Assembly: GCA_050273025.1 (NCBI GenBank)
Contig: CP158635.1
Location: 7,502,001 to 7,566,000, forward strand
Direction: 5' to 3'
DNA: 64,000 bases
Source: Cenococcum geophilum
Taxonomy: Eukaryota
Of this stretch, positions 38,901 through 51,616 are shown piece by piece. The translations under genes were made by a program, and so were the position numbers. The notes under the pieces are model-generated. The model was not told the DNA's origin, searched no databases, and was given only the letters and a program-made list of their open reading frames with translations. Each line of letters starts with the position of its first letter. Positions within the stretch are counted from its first letter, which is position 1.

Positions 38901-41900
38901 TCCCACTCTAAAGAAACTTCGTCTATAACGACGCATTAACGCGCTATACTTAGACACTAAAACAACTCTATATTGCCTGGGAAGGCCTAGATAATATCCT
39001 ACCTTATAAGCCAGACAGGACTGGACCTGTACCCCCGGAATTAAAACTAAAGCGTACAATACTAACGAACCTTGGGAAGTTAATAATGGCACCTAAAGTA
39101 AGCTTATTTAAGAGAGCTGCCTCTACTTAAGAGGAACCTAAGATCTAATTGGGATCAGAAATCGAAGATAATGATAATATTGTAGATATACGCGAGCAGA
39201 TTCGCGCCCTTGCAGCTAGCTAGGAAGCCAATTATCTTAAAGCAAGAAATATATAAGAGACCCTATAAGAGATCCTAGAAAGCCTTGCGGCCCTATAAAA
39301 TAGCCCGGCTTCCCCTTCTTAAAGCCCTAGCTGACCTATTTACTCTACTAAATGTGATACACCAGGGAGTACGGATATAATAACGAAGTAATTAAAGTCC
39401 GTTAAGCTCCTTAACCCCCTACTACTATCTAACGGGATAGACCCTACCTTTAAGAATTGGAGGATTTAAGTATAAGGAAAGCTCTGCGTTAACTATAACT
39501 ATTTCCTTTCCAAAGAAGCTAAAATGCTCTACCTCTTTAATTAAACCACTAGGGACGCCTAACGGCACCTTTAAGCTAAGTTTGAGGACAACTCCCCTAT
39601 CTAATTTATATCTGTTAATAAGATAATACGGCACCTAGCGGCTATTTATATTAACCCGAATAAAGTACAGAATGCCCGTTATAACTATAATTACCTAATA
39701 ATAAAACCAAACTAACCCTTTGCCAAATTTTAGATTTAATTCCTATACCTTACAGGAGAAGGCCAGGTTCCCCTTAAGAACTACCGATTAGACCTATATA
39801 ATAAGCTAATAATCCGGCTATAAGAAAAGATCCCTATAACCTTAGATAACCTACTAACCTATAAAAGACTCGCAGCTTATTGCCTATTATTAAACTTAGA
39901 ACTAAAGCGGATTAACGCCCGCCCTAATTGGTAGAAGCAACTCCATAACAATTAGAACTCGCTAGCTATACTTATAAGAGCTAGAGTAGGAAGACAAGTT
40001 ACAACTGCTCTTATACTAAAGGCGGTTATAACTACGCACTAGTGAGCCTCGCCTGACTAGTTACGTACCACGCTATTAACTAGTATTCGCTATAATACTT
40101 TAATTAACCCTGCCTTGGCTACGTGCTTTAACTGCAATAAATAAGGTTACTTTACTTTGTCCTACCCGGAGCTAAAGGATATAGGTGATATTAAGGAGAT
40201 AGAGGAAGGAGAAATGTCCGATAAGTTAGGAAAAGAAGAACCCTAGGGAAAGACTCCCCCCTAGGGTACCCTATTGATCTTAAAGAGATTAATTTTAGTT
40301 AGTTAATAGGTGGAAAGTATTTTACGGTTCTATGTATAGTATCTTAAAATGGATATAGAGTTAATATAACTGCCCTTATTAACACTAGAGTAAATAGCTT
40401 CGCCTTTATAAATACTACCTATACGAATAATATTGCTAAGTTTCTAAATGCAGAAGCCATCTAACTAGAGAAGCCTGTTTAGGTAAAGGGCTATAACGGC
40501 TAAGCCGGTTAGCCCGTTACCTACGTCTTAAAGTTATATATTACTTTTAACGGATAACGCTAATACGGTATCCCCTTTTGTATCCTAGACCTAGGGTCCC
40601 ACAATATAATCCTTAGACGAAAATAGATGTCCTATTTTAATATTTAGTTAAACGTATAAAAAAGACGGTTTATCTAGCTGGAGGATAGACTAAGGTTGCC
40701 CTTCTTTATTAGGGAGATCCAAACCAATCGCAAGACACTAGCCGTAAGGGGTAACCCTACCTACTAGTAGGATGTCTAGGCCCGTGACCTAGCCTTTGCC
40801 TAAGAGGACGCCCACTATAAAGCTAGAAAGAACTCCGTACTAATAAAGATACTCTCCTAAAGCGCTATGTTTAAAGAGGACTCTACATACGGAAGCGGGA
40901 TAGATAATAATATAGATAATGTTTAAATCGTATAGATCTAACTGTTATGGAAAAGAACGTATTAATAGGATATAAGGGATAACCTCTAAAAGATGTAATA
41001 GGAGCTAAAAGGAGTAATGATGACACTAGTACCCTAGAAGTCCCTAAAGTTATATACGCCCCTATTGTTAGTTAACCCCCCTACCGTAAATATTGCCGTA
41101 ATTAGCGCTATAGCGTTCTACTTTAATATATACCGGAAGGATAATAAGGTCTTTATAACGAGCCTATATAAGATTAACTAAATTATTAATAATAGAGAGG
41201 AAAGGCTAGATAAGGAAACTAACGAGGAACTAGTTAAACGCCTCCTTTTTACTATTTATATAGGCTATAAGGATATATTCTTAAAGGCGGCCTTAAATAA
41301 GTTACCCCCCTACCGGACGTATAATTATAAGATTTAATTAAAGGCCAATAACTCGCTAGGCTATAGCCCCCTTTACTATTAATTAATAGATAAGCTAAAA
41401 GTAATAAAGTAGTATTTAATTAATAACCTGGATAAAGGGTTTATCGAGCTAAGTTAAGCCCCTTTTACTTCCCCTATCCTATTTATAAAAAAGCCTAATA
41501 GAGGCCTTTATTTTTATATTGACTATTAGAAGCTAAACGCTATTACTTAAAAGGACTAGTATCCTATTTCTTTAATTAACAAGACCCTTATATATCTAAG
41601 CTAGGCAAAGATCTTTACTAAACTTAATATCCGCCAAGCTTTCTACCGAATTAGGATAGACCCTATATCTAAAGATTTAACAACGTTCTGTACCCGCTAT
41701 AGTTTCTATAAATATAAAGTTCTTCCTTTTAGACTAATAAACGGACCGGCTACGTACCAAAGGTATATAAATAACGTTCTTTTTAATTACCTTAATAAAT
41801 TCTACACGGTATACCTAGACGACATTCTTATATACTTAGACAACAAACTTAAGTATTAAGTTTATGTTAAAAAGGTCCTAAAGAGGCTACGGAACGCGGG

Positions 41901-44877
41901 CTTATAAGTCGATATTAAGAAATGCGAGTTTGGGGTAAAATGTATAAAATACCTTAGGTTTATCGTAACTATAAAAGGAATTAAGGTTAACCCTAAGAAG
42001 GTAGAGGTAATCCGTAACTGGAAGCCCCCTTATATAGTAAAAGGAATCTAGTCCTTCCTTAGTTTTTATAATTTCTACCACTAGTTTATCTATGACTATA
42101 GAATTATAGCAAAACCTCTTATATAACTAACCAGGAAGGATACGCCTTTTGTTTTTAATGATAGCTATATAGAGGCCTTTAAAGAGGTAAAGGATCGGCT
42201 TATCTCTTCCCTAATCCTTTGTTACTATAACCTAGACCTTAAATTAATGCTAGAAATAAACGCCTCTAATGGGGTTGTAGCGGGAATTCTATTATAGTTA
42301 TATCTAGACGGCGAATGGTACCCTATGGCTTTCTTCTTAAAGATAATAGACCTGGCTGAGTGTAACTATAAAGTATACAATAAAGAAATACTAGCTATTA
42401 TTTAATTACTCTCCTAATAGCGCGTAGAGCTTAAAGGTACGAACTCCCGGATTAAGATATATATAGATTATAAAGCCCTAGAGTACTTTATAACTATAAA
42501 GCAGCTTATAGGGCGATAAGCCCAGTGGGCCAAAATACTCTCCTAATTCTTCTTTACGATTATATATCGTTTTAGTAAGCAAAACTCTAAGGCTAATGCC
42601 CTAACCTAAAGAGAATAAGATATAGGACCCTAGGATAAGCTAAAGACCCAATATCGGACGCGCGCCCTCCTCTATCCAGAATAGCTTAACCCGCGGATCC
42701 TTAAGGAGCTAGACTCCTAGTAAAATGAGCTAGCACCAATAAAGGAGTCCTTAAATGAGCTAATAGGGCTAATTAACCGCCTTCTAACTGCAAACCGCAT
42801 GGCTGACGCCCTAAGGGCCCTCCGCGAATAAGCTATAAAAAGAAACCCCGATTTTAAAACGGAGGAAGGATTGCTTCTATACTAGGAGCGGCTTATAGTC
42901 CCTAACGTTAATAATCTACGGACCGAACTAATCCGCGAAGCTTATTGCTAAGTCTTTATAGTATACCCTGGTAAGAATAAGACCCATAAAATTATTAACT
43001 GCTACTACTACTAGCTAAGAATAGTTGTAGATATTAATTAATATATACGGAACTGCGAAGACTGCTAGAGAGCTATAATCCTATAGGATAAGACCCTAGG
43101 ACTACTTAAGCCACTTTTAATACCAGAGCGCCCTTAGCAGTATATCTTTATAGACTTCTATAAACTACCTAGGGACCGTAACGGATACAATATAGTTATA
43201 GTTATAGTTAACCACTTTAGTAAACGCCCGTTTTTAATTCTATGTTATAAGAATATCGATGCTAAAGAGGCAGCCCAGCTATATATCTATTACGTCTACT
43301 AAATCTACAGACTACTAGATACTATTATGTCCGATTATAGGCTATAGTTTATATTAGCCTTCTAGAATAAGTTTACCTAGATTCTAGGTATTAAGCTAAA
43401 GCTTTCTACGGCTTATTACCCCCAGATAGACGGTTAGATAGAGATTGTAAATCAGTACCTAGACCAGAGGCTTAGGCCCTTCGTTAACTATTTCTAGGAT
43501 AACTAGTCTAAATTACTACCCTTAATAGACTACGCGCAAGCAACCCTACCCTATAACTCTATAGGGTTTGCCCCAATTTAGCTAGAAATAGAATACTTAC
43601 CCCGCATAAGCTTTAACTAGAAAAGGCTAAAAGAACCCTAGACTATATAAGAGAAGCTATCCTATGCTAAGGCCTAATAGTACGCTAAACGATTGGAGGA
43701 GGCCTAGACGGTAGCCTGTGAGAACCTGGAAAAAGCTTAAAGGTTAATAAAACAGTAGGCGAACAAATACCGTCAAGAGCCCGATTTTGCCCCTGGCGAT
43801 ATAGTCTGGGTTATAATAAGGAATTGGAGGACCGAACGACCTAGCCGTAAGCTAGACTACTAGATAGTAGGACCGTATAAGGTTTTTAAGAAGATAGGTA
43901 ACTTGTATAAGATAAAGCTCCTAAACTTAATTAGGGTTCACCCTATCTTCTTGCTAGATAAGTTACGGAAAGCTACGAATAACCTATTGCCTAGATAAAA
44001 GAATAAGCCTCCCCTACTAGTTTAAGTAAATAGTGATAATAAATAGGAGGTTAATAAAATATTGGCCTGTAAGATAGTACGGGGAGCGCTAAAATACCGT
44101 GTCTAATAGAAGGGCTACAATCCTGACTTAACCTAGTACCCTATATGGAACTTTATAGGCTGCCCCCAGAAGCTTAAAGAATTCTATAACTAATACCCTA
44201 ATGCGCTTAAACCCCTAAAGTACTTAGACGAATGGATGGAATGCTAGTATAATAAAGACGATAAGTTACCGGAAGAATATAGGGACAAAAACGCCCTAAA
44301 GCCCTAATACAGCTGTCTGCCAAATTCTGCCATATTCTGCCGTTTTCTGCCAGTACCGTAAAATTTCAGATATCTAGGAACTTTGACCGCCGGTTAAAGT
44401 TATCTAATTAGTTAGATCCGTGCTAAGACTTTTAGCGGCTACTCTTTCTAGCCTAGTGCTTCTACTTAGCCCACAATCGCCCTTTATACTTAGTTAGGAC
44501 GGACTTATATCCCCTTTATCTCCTTATCTTATATTTTTATAATCCTACGTTTATAAGCCTAGTGCTACCCTATTTTTTCTAACTAAGCCTAAGGGCAGGC
44601 TTTCTTTTAAAGGGGGGGGTGATGTAACGGCGCTATTGCATGTTACCTGCCAAATTCTGCCATATTCTGCCAACCTGTAATTAGCCCGCCTAAAGCTAGC
44701 GCCTTGGCGGCTTACCCTATATATTTGTTTATATCGGTCCTAGCGACCCCTTTTCCTTCTCTTTAGCTTAGTATCTTCGTAATATAGCATTCGTTCAAGC
44801 TTCGGTTTAGAGGTATTTGTTTAAGCCGTGACATATAGGGTCGGCATTCTTTAGATTGGCTTTATAAGAATATCTAA
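35943..44877 (+). pseudogene. Crypton tyrosine recombinase with Ndc10-like YR domain and GCR1_C-like C-terminus, split by Gypsy C
   Basis: Motifs MRNTNPILCPLSVIAFYFF (37145) and KTYSARK*SVRHAKLSGVKET*IRRAGR*NIDAITGAYLSYLP (~37380-37510). C-terminus ...AINQLKQLR|GRHSLDWLYKNI*. Candidate intron 36925-36971 (GTTTGT..CTAAC..TAG). Confidence 0.85.
38645..44833 (+). mobile_element. Ty3/Gypsy (chromovirus-type) LTR retrotransposon C
   Basis: 211-bp LTRs at 38645-38855 and 44623-44833. TSD TACGG/TATAG (RIP-diverged). PPT at 44610-44620. RT VYLDDILIY ~41809-41835. GPY and chromodomain-like end ~43870-44200. Confidence 0.95.
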
Positions 44878-44894
44878 ATAGTTATTTTACTGTA

Positions 44895-45103
44895 GTAACT
44901 AAGACGCCTTAATGTACAACTACACCAGTAACTAAGACGCCTTAATATATAACTGCACTATAGTAACCAAGACGCCTTAATATAGGACTACGGTAACTAA
45001 GACGCCTCGATATAGGACTGCAGTAACTATAGTGCAGTCCTATATTAAGACGTCTTAGTTACTAGAGTATGGTCCTATATTAAGGCGTCTCGGTCACTAT
45101 AGT
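44895..45103. repeat. Crypton 3' array: four direct plus two inverted copies of GTAACYAAGACGCCTTAATATAGGACT
   Basis: Directly visible; orientation flips near 45025-45035. Confidence 0.85.
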
Positions 45104-48100
45104 ATAAGTGTTTTAAATTTAGAGCAACATTACGCAACCGCCCAGAAGTATCGATTAAACTCAAATTATATACCTTTTCGCCCAAAATCGCGTGCGAAAA
45201 TACTTGGGGGCAGTTGCTGCGCGACCTCGTATAGGGTTCGGGGGCGTTATCAATAGGGGTAGCCCTAACCTCATATTAACCCAGGTCGTAACCGCGCCAA
45301 ATAACCCCCCTAAATATGTGATAGGTATCTTGTTTAGAGGGCCGCTAAGGCGCTAGTAGTAAGCGAGCTAATAGCGATTTTCTATCCCAGAGATGGAAAA
45401 TCCTAATTAGCTAGGTTAAGTTAGGGTCTATAAAATGTTATACTCCCCCCTCTAAAAAAGTCTTAGTAAGAGAATCTAACTAATTAGACAACTTTAACCG
45501 CCGGTTAAAGTTCCTAGATATCTTAAGACCTTACGTGACTAAGAAATTTCTAGGGACTCCCTTTTAACCTAACCTTTAACTCGTATACGTAAAGTATTTA
45601 TATTAATAAACGTCTCTAGTGCCTTATTTGGGTTCGCCTTTATTATCGCATCTACTAGGTTATCTTAGCTATTAATTTATTAAATCTTAAAGAGTTTTTA
45701 ATGCTTATAGGATTACTAAAGTGCTATAATATTAATTATAAGGCGCTTCTCCTTTGTGGTACTAAGCTTAACTAAATACTTATAGAGGGAATATAAGTTA
45801 GTGTATACGATTATAGAGATAATAGGAAGTTTAAGTCGATCTATGATTATCTTTAGGGTAGTTCCAATTGCAATTGCTATATTAACTCCGCTAACCATTT
45901 TATATATCTCTAACGCTAAAACGCTTTAAGTAATACGCTTACTCTTAGTTAAGCTCTAATAGATAAGGTTGTCGTAGATTATAAAGTTATTCTCTTTAGT
46001 AGATTTGTTTATAATAATAATCTTATATCCTAACTAGGAGCTAAAATCTTTATTATTTATAAACGATCTATTAATAAATATAAAGAGCTTAGCGGTAGGA
46101 AGATTAATAGGTATATAGAGTAGTTCCTAATTAAGATGGTTTATTTGCTAGGAAAGACGCTTATTTAGAGCAAGAATATTATCCTTAGTTAGTTTTTAGT
46201 GTTAAGCCGTAATAAAGAGATTAAATAAAGCCTTAAGTTAACAGATAGAAGTAATATAAGCTCCGCGAGTACGTTACTCCGCGTATCCTTACTTTAGAGA
46301 ATTAACGTTAATAATGTTAATCTTCTTACCTTAACCCTTCTAGCGTAAAGCAATGGAATTCTTATTTAGGGAGAGGATGCATTTATTAAGGAGTAATGGT
46401 ATTATTAAATTAAGCTTTTCTTTTAGCTTTACTATAAGATTTACCTTTACTAGCTCATCTTCTTTAAGAGCTAAGAATTGGTCGTCTTCTAAGATAATTA
46501 TATTATTAGTTTATATACCAACGATTTTAAACGGAGTTCCTATAGTTATAATAAGAAAGCAAAAATTAAATATAGATATAGTTATTAAAAGCTTCTCTTT
46601 ATAGTGCTTACTATAGGTAGCCTACTAATAAGTTCCTACCTCTGCGATTCCGTATAATGGCTTAAGCATAACTATAATCATATCTTTGGGATATTGGTGG
46701 CGAATTTACTCTAAAAGGTGTGCTAATATTAAGCGCTAAAGGTGCATCTCTAATTGGGTATAGGCCTAGGTAATATCTCGTAAATAGACCGCTATTTTAT
46801 TCTTTATTAAGGAGGGAGCTAATATAACAATAACTTGTTAACTAGCTCGTTAAATTATAGGAGCTTATATAAGAATTATCTCCTTACTATTATTATTATA
46901 ACCTTAGATAACAAGCCTTAATTTCTTAAATAGGGCGTTAGTAGCCTTGCCCTTAATCTTATTAACTATCCTAGACTTAAAGATACGAACTTTATTAAAC
47001 TTAGTAGGGTTATACTTCTTAAATTTAAAGACTTCTCTTGCAATAAGACCGTTAATCTCCTGCTTATTAGATGCTTAGAAAGGAGCTCCTAGGGTTATAA
47101 TATAACCTTCCTTTTAGAGCTGTTTTGCAAGCTTAAAGTTAGCCTTCTCCTTAGCTGTTATAAAGGCCATTAATAACTTAACTCTATTCTTAATGGCGGC
47201 AACAAATTGTTCTTTAAAATTAATAAAATGTTAGCGATTTTGTAATCCCTTTAGGCGACCTCTACCGCGTTATAGTTATAGCGTATCTACTATAATTATA
47301 TTAGGATCGTAGTCACCTTTTAGAGCATGTTAATTGTAGTTCTCCTTTAGGGTATCTTTTAGGGCATCCTACAAAGGCTTAGAATTATTATCTTTATAGT
47401 AAAGCTTAATAACAGTTAAATGGAATTAAGTGGGTCTGTAAGGCATCTAAATAGTATAAGTTTAACTATTAATTATAATAAGTTAGTATGGGCCTAACTA
47501 TTCTCCCTTTTTACGCTATACGCGTACTTTAGACTAGAGTGGCAGATTAAGTGTAGTTAAGGTATTTAGGCCATTTTTTATTCCTAGTACATTATTAACC
47601 TAGTATATGGCGTAGAAACGTTATACCTCCTTTATTACCTTGCGAATAGCCTTAGCTTATTATATAATAGAGGGAAATAGTAAAGAATTATTAGTTATTT
47701 AAGGATAGGCGCTAAAGACTAGTAATATAGGTATAAGTCCATCCGGGCTAGCGGAATCGTTAATAGCTTTAATAGCCATTTATAAGGTAAGTTCTTCGTT
47801 AATATCCTTTAGTTTTAAAGAGATAATCTTATATACGCGGCGTAATAGCGCGTAATATTACTCTACTTTTCTAATATTATTATATACCTTAACGGGGACT
47901 TCCTTAACCTTAACTGCTATTGCCTTTATCTATTATTGGAACTCTATAGATAAGAAATTCTTTTCTATATTATAGATAATTTAATTAGGGGGTCTTAAAT
48001 AGATATTAATCTAGTATAACTAAAGGGTATCCTATACGTTTCTGGCTAATATATCTTTTAAAAAACGCGCGGCTTAGAAGGAGATTAAGAAGTTAATAAC

Positions 48101-51095
48101 TTAAAGTACTAGCTTACCACTAAGATATATAACATTAACAATAATATAGAAGTTAAAGTTATAGTTATCTTTAAGGGTAAACTTAAATCGGCTAGGGGAC
48201 TTCTAGTTTATTTAGTAGTAATAGTAATACTTTATAAGATACTTAATTACCTTAACCTTAACTTTATAGCCTACTTGCTAAAGAACCGTAAGTAATTAAT
48301 AAACGGATAGGTAGCTAAAATAATAGTATAGTTAGCGTAACTCTAACTTAGTTAAGTAGCTTTAAGTAATACTCTTTTCTAGTTAATAAAGGAGCAACTA
48401 GGGGTAACCCTACTTGCGTATAACGGGCACCCAATTATCTCCTTAGATAAGTATATTCTTAAGGTTATTAAGCTTAACGCCTAATTTATCTATATCTCTA
48501 ATACAAAATAAAAATGGGGTATTTGTGGGAATAATGTAAAAAGTAATATACCCTAAGGGGGTTTAAACCCTAATTATGCTAAAAGAGATTATAGTACCTT
48601 TACTAAAGCAAATTGTATATTAGCCGCCGTTAATTAGTTAATCTAAATAGAGCTATTAAGCTACTAAAGAGCTTAAACTTAAGGTTCTCCTACTATAGAT
48701 ACTCCTACGGCTTCTATATTTAGTATAATACTATAAAAGACGTTTGCCAAGTATTTGTTATTAAAGGAAAACGCAAAACTCTCCTTTAGCTCGTTAAAGA
48801 TATCTAACTTCGTAATAGAATGGAGCGTAAATTAGTTATTAAGAACAGCAACAGTTTATATACTATTTACCTTACTATACTTAGTAAAGTATTAGTTAGG
48901 AGAGTAGTTCTTAATTTTTATATCTATAAGGAGCTATTTAGTCTTATTAACCTTACCCTTAAGATCTTCTACGCCTTTATATTAAACTAGGAAGCTTTAA
49001 AAGTAGGCCATAGTAACCTTATAATTTTTAACGTTTTTTATACTCTAACAGAACTTATTATATGCCTCCTTTTATTTATTAAGGGAGTGTCTATTTAACT
49101 AGTAATTTAGCTTCTTATAAATATAGTACTTTATCTAGCAATTACTTTAAAATAAACCTCTATAAGGACCTCTATAATTACCTTATAGTTAATATTAATT
49201 ATACCCTCTTCTATATTCCCTACTACGGCTACTATATATTTAATTAGTCTAGTTATAATTATGTTAGTTAGGAATACTTAGTTAGGTAGGGTTTTTGGTA
49301 TAGAACTATTAAGATTCTTATATTTATATCGCAGTACCTATAGCAAAGTGTAGCTTAGCATATACTCCTTTAAACGTATCCATAGGTTTATATAGCGCTA
49401 AGTTATACTTAAAAACGCTATAGCATGCTAAGATAACCTAGTCCCTTAGGCTGTTCTTATTTTAGTAAGTTTTAGTAAGGCCATATTAGATTTTCTAGAG
49501 TTTATTAAAGAGTAGTTAAAGGCACTCTAAATAAGTTTTTATTGAGTTAAAAGCAATAACTCTTTAGAATATAGTCTCCCGCTATTTAGACATATAAAGT
49601 TAGCAATTTTTATTAGTCTTAAAGTGGGCTCTAGTAAACTAAAGCATTATATTAAAGTTATAGTTTTTACCCGTAATATAGTTATAATAGAATATTACCG
49701 CCCGTCCCTTTAACATAATAGAGAAAGCGTAATAGTACTAATAGCGTTAAATTCTAACCTTATTGCAACAGTTATAAAAGACCTATAGTTTTACTCCGAG
49801 TATATTATATAGTTCTCCTTTAAACTTCTTCTTTTTGTCTAAATATACCTTTATTAAATTTATAACTTCTTATAATAAAGGCTTACCGGTTAGCTAGAGT
49901 AGAGGAGGTAAAAGCAAAGCAACTCTAAGTAGGAGAGCACCTCTAGGTAGGAGAGTAGCTTTAGGTAAAAGGTTAGCGTTCTAGGGGTTTTAATATAAAT
50001 TAAAGTTACCTTCCAAAGAATATAGGTTGTTTTTAGGTTTCCGTAGTTAATATATAATCTTAGCTTCCGTCTATATTAGTTCTTTTATACTAATAATAAC
50101 GGCCTAAATATTGCTAGCAATTAGGTTACCGTTCTTAGTAATATATACCCTATTCCTACGGAGAAAGTCTTAAAAATCCTAAATAATATTAATGTTACTA
50201 AGTGCCTAGGTATCGGCAGTCTATCCTATAAAATCCTCCCTAAAATACTCCTATAGTTATAAATCGGCGTAATATCTATTTCGGTAGAATATAATATAGT
50301 ATAAAAGAAAGCCGTTAACTTATTTTGTGGTATAAGTTGTTATATTAAAGGCGAATTCATCCTAATCTTTATTAATAAGTTTTATGTGCTTAGCTACCCC
50401 TAGTAGTAAGGAGTCTTTCTAGTTATTTAAAGTAGGCATAGCCATATTTTCGGAGGGAGGGAAGTATTATTAGTATAGGGATTGTCGTTTAGTACGCGTT
50501 TATAATATGTATTTATCGTTTAGTACGCGTTTATAACGTATATTTGCGGTTATAGGGCTTAGGACTAGTTCTAGCCTTAAAACGCGAAGACTTATAAAGT
50601 GTGTTATTCTATATAATAGACGCAAGAATCTATAATCTTAAAAAGGCCTAGGACTAGTTCTAGCCTTTAGATCCTTAGATTTGTAGAAGAGTTTTATTTA
50701 AGGTTTAGGACTAGTTCTAGCCTTAAAAGACAGCCTCCTCTAGCACAAGTAGCACTAGTATAGTAGCTTATCTTTTCTTAGTGGAATACCTAGCTGCTCT
50801 ATAGTATAACAGTGAAGTTAACTACTAATTAGTGTTGGTCTTATAAGGTGATATCACGTAGCTACGGTTCGTAGATAGTATAATAATAATTATTATTATA
50901 TTCTTAATAAGGGAGGGCGAGGAGCTTAAGGCTCCTCGCTATGCTAGTGCCGCGGCGGCACGTAACGGCAACTTGCCGTACGTAACGGCAACTTGCTATA
51001 TATGACGGCAATATGCCTTATATGGTAACCACTTGCCTTTATTCCCAACATCTACTAAGGGAGTAATAATAATCTGGTATTTGTATTACCTTAAT

Positions 51096-51616
51096 TATTA
51101 CAGCACTAGTAGAAACCGGCAGAACTTAATAAATAGCTATAGTTATATAACTGGAAGATTATATCTCTTAACCCATTAACTTAGACACGTAGGTTATTAA
51201 TAAGAGCCCACCAATTAGATTAATAGGATTTAGTAGCTATACTTAGGAATATAAAATTCGGAGAGTAGCTAAGGCTTTAAGGTTTTTTTTTTGCTATCTT
51301 ATTTAGGGGAATCTTATATTAAGTCTTTTAAATAAGGTCTGTATTAAGTCTAGCGTAATTAAAAGGCATAGTGGTGGTATATTTAATAGTTAAATTCTAA
51401 CTTATACGTTGTTTTAATTCTGGTGTTTACGTATAGGCCTTTCCTCTACTTACCCTAACGGGTTAAGGGATAAGACTTTAAGCGGCGCTGTTTGTCTAAG
51501 GTCCTTTCCTTTCCTTTTCTCTAGCTTTAGATCCTTATTTATAGAAAATCCAATTATATAGGCTTATATACGTCCTTCTTACTATACCTATACCTCGATT
51601 AACTAAGTCGCTAATA
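51096..51616 (+). mobile_element. Solo LTR (521 bp) related to the Gypsy A LTR
   Basis: Ends TATTACAGCACTAG... and ...CTAAGTCGCTAATA match the reverse complement of the Gypsy A LTR termini. TSD TTAAT at 51091-51095 and 51617-51621. Confidence 0.8.

Larger units (their letters stand above)
35723..45321 (+). mobile_element. Crypton (tyrosine-recombinase DNA transposon), ~3.4 kb net
   Basis: Flanked by direct repeat TAGGTATC (35715-35722, 45322-45329). Site empty in Copia copy 1 (~968-980). No long TIRs. Encodes YR plus GCR1_C-like protein. Confidence 0.88.
35335..51050 (-). mobile_element. Ty1/Copia LTR retrotransposon, copy 2 (LTR variant), carrying a Crypton
   Basis: 218-bp LTRs at 35335-35552 and 50833-51050. 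TSD TCTAC. Internal region colinear with copy 1. ORF 45716..45898 is a Copia RNase H fragment. Confidence 0.95.
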
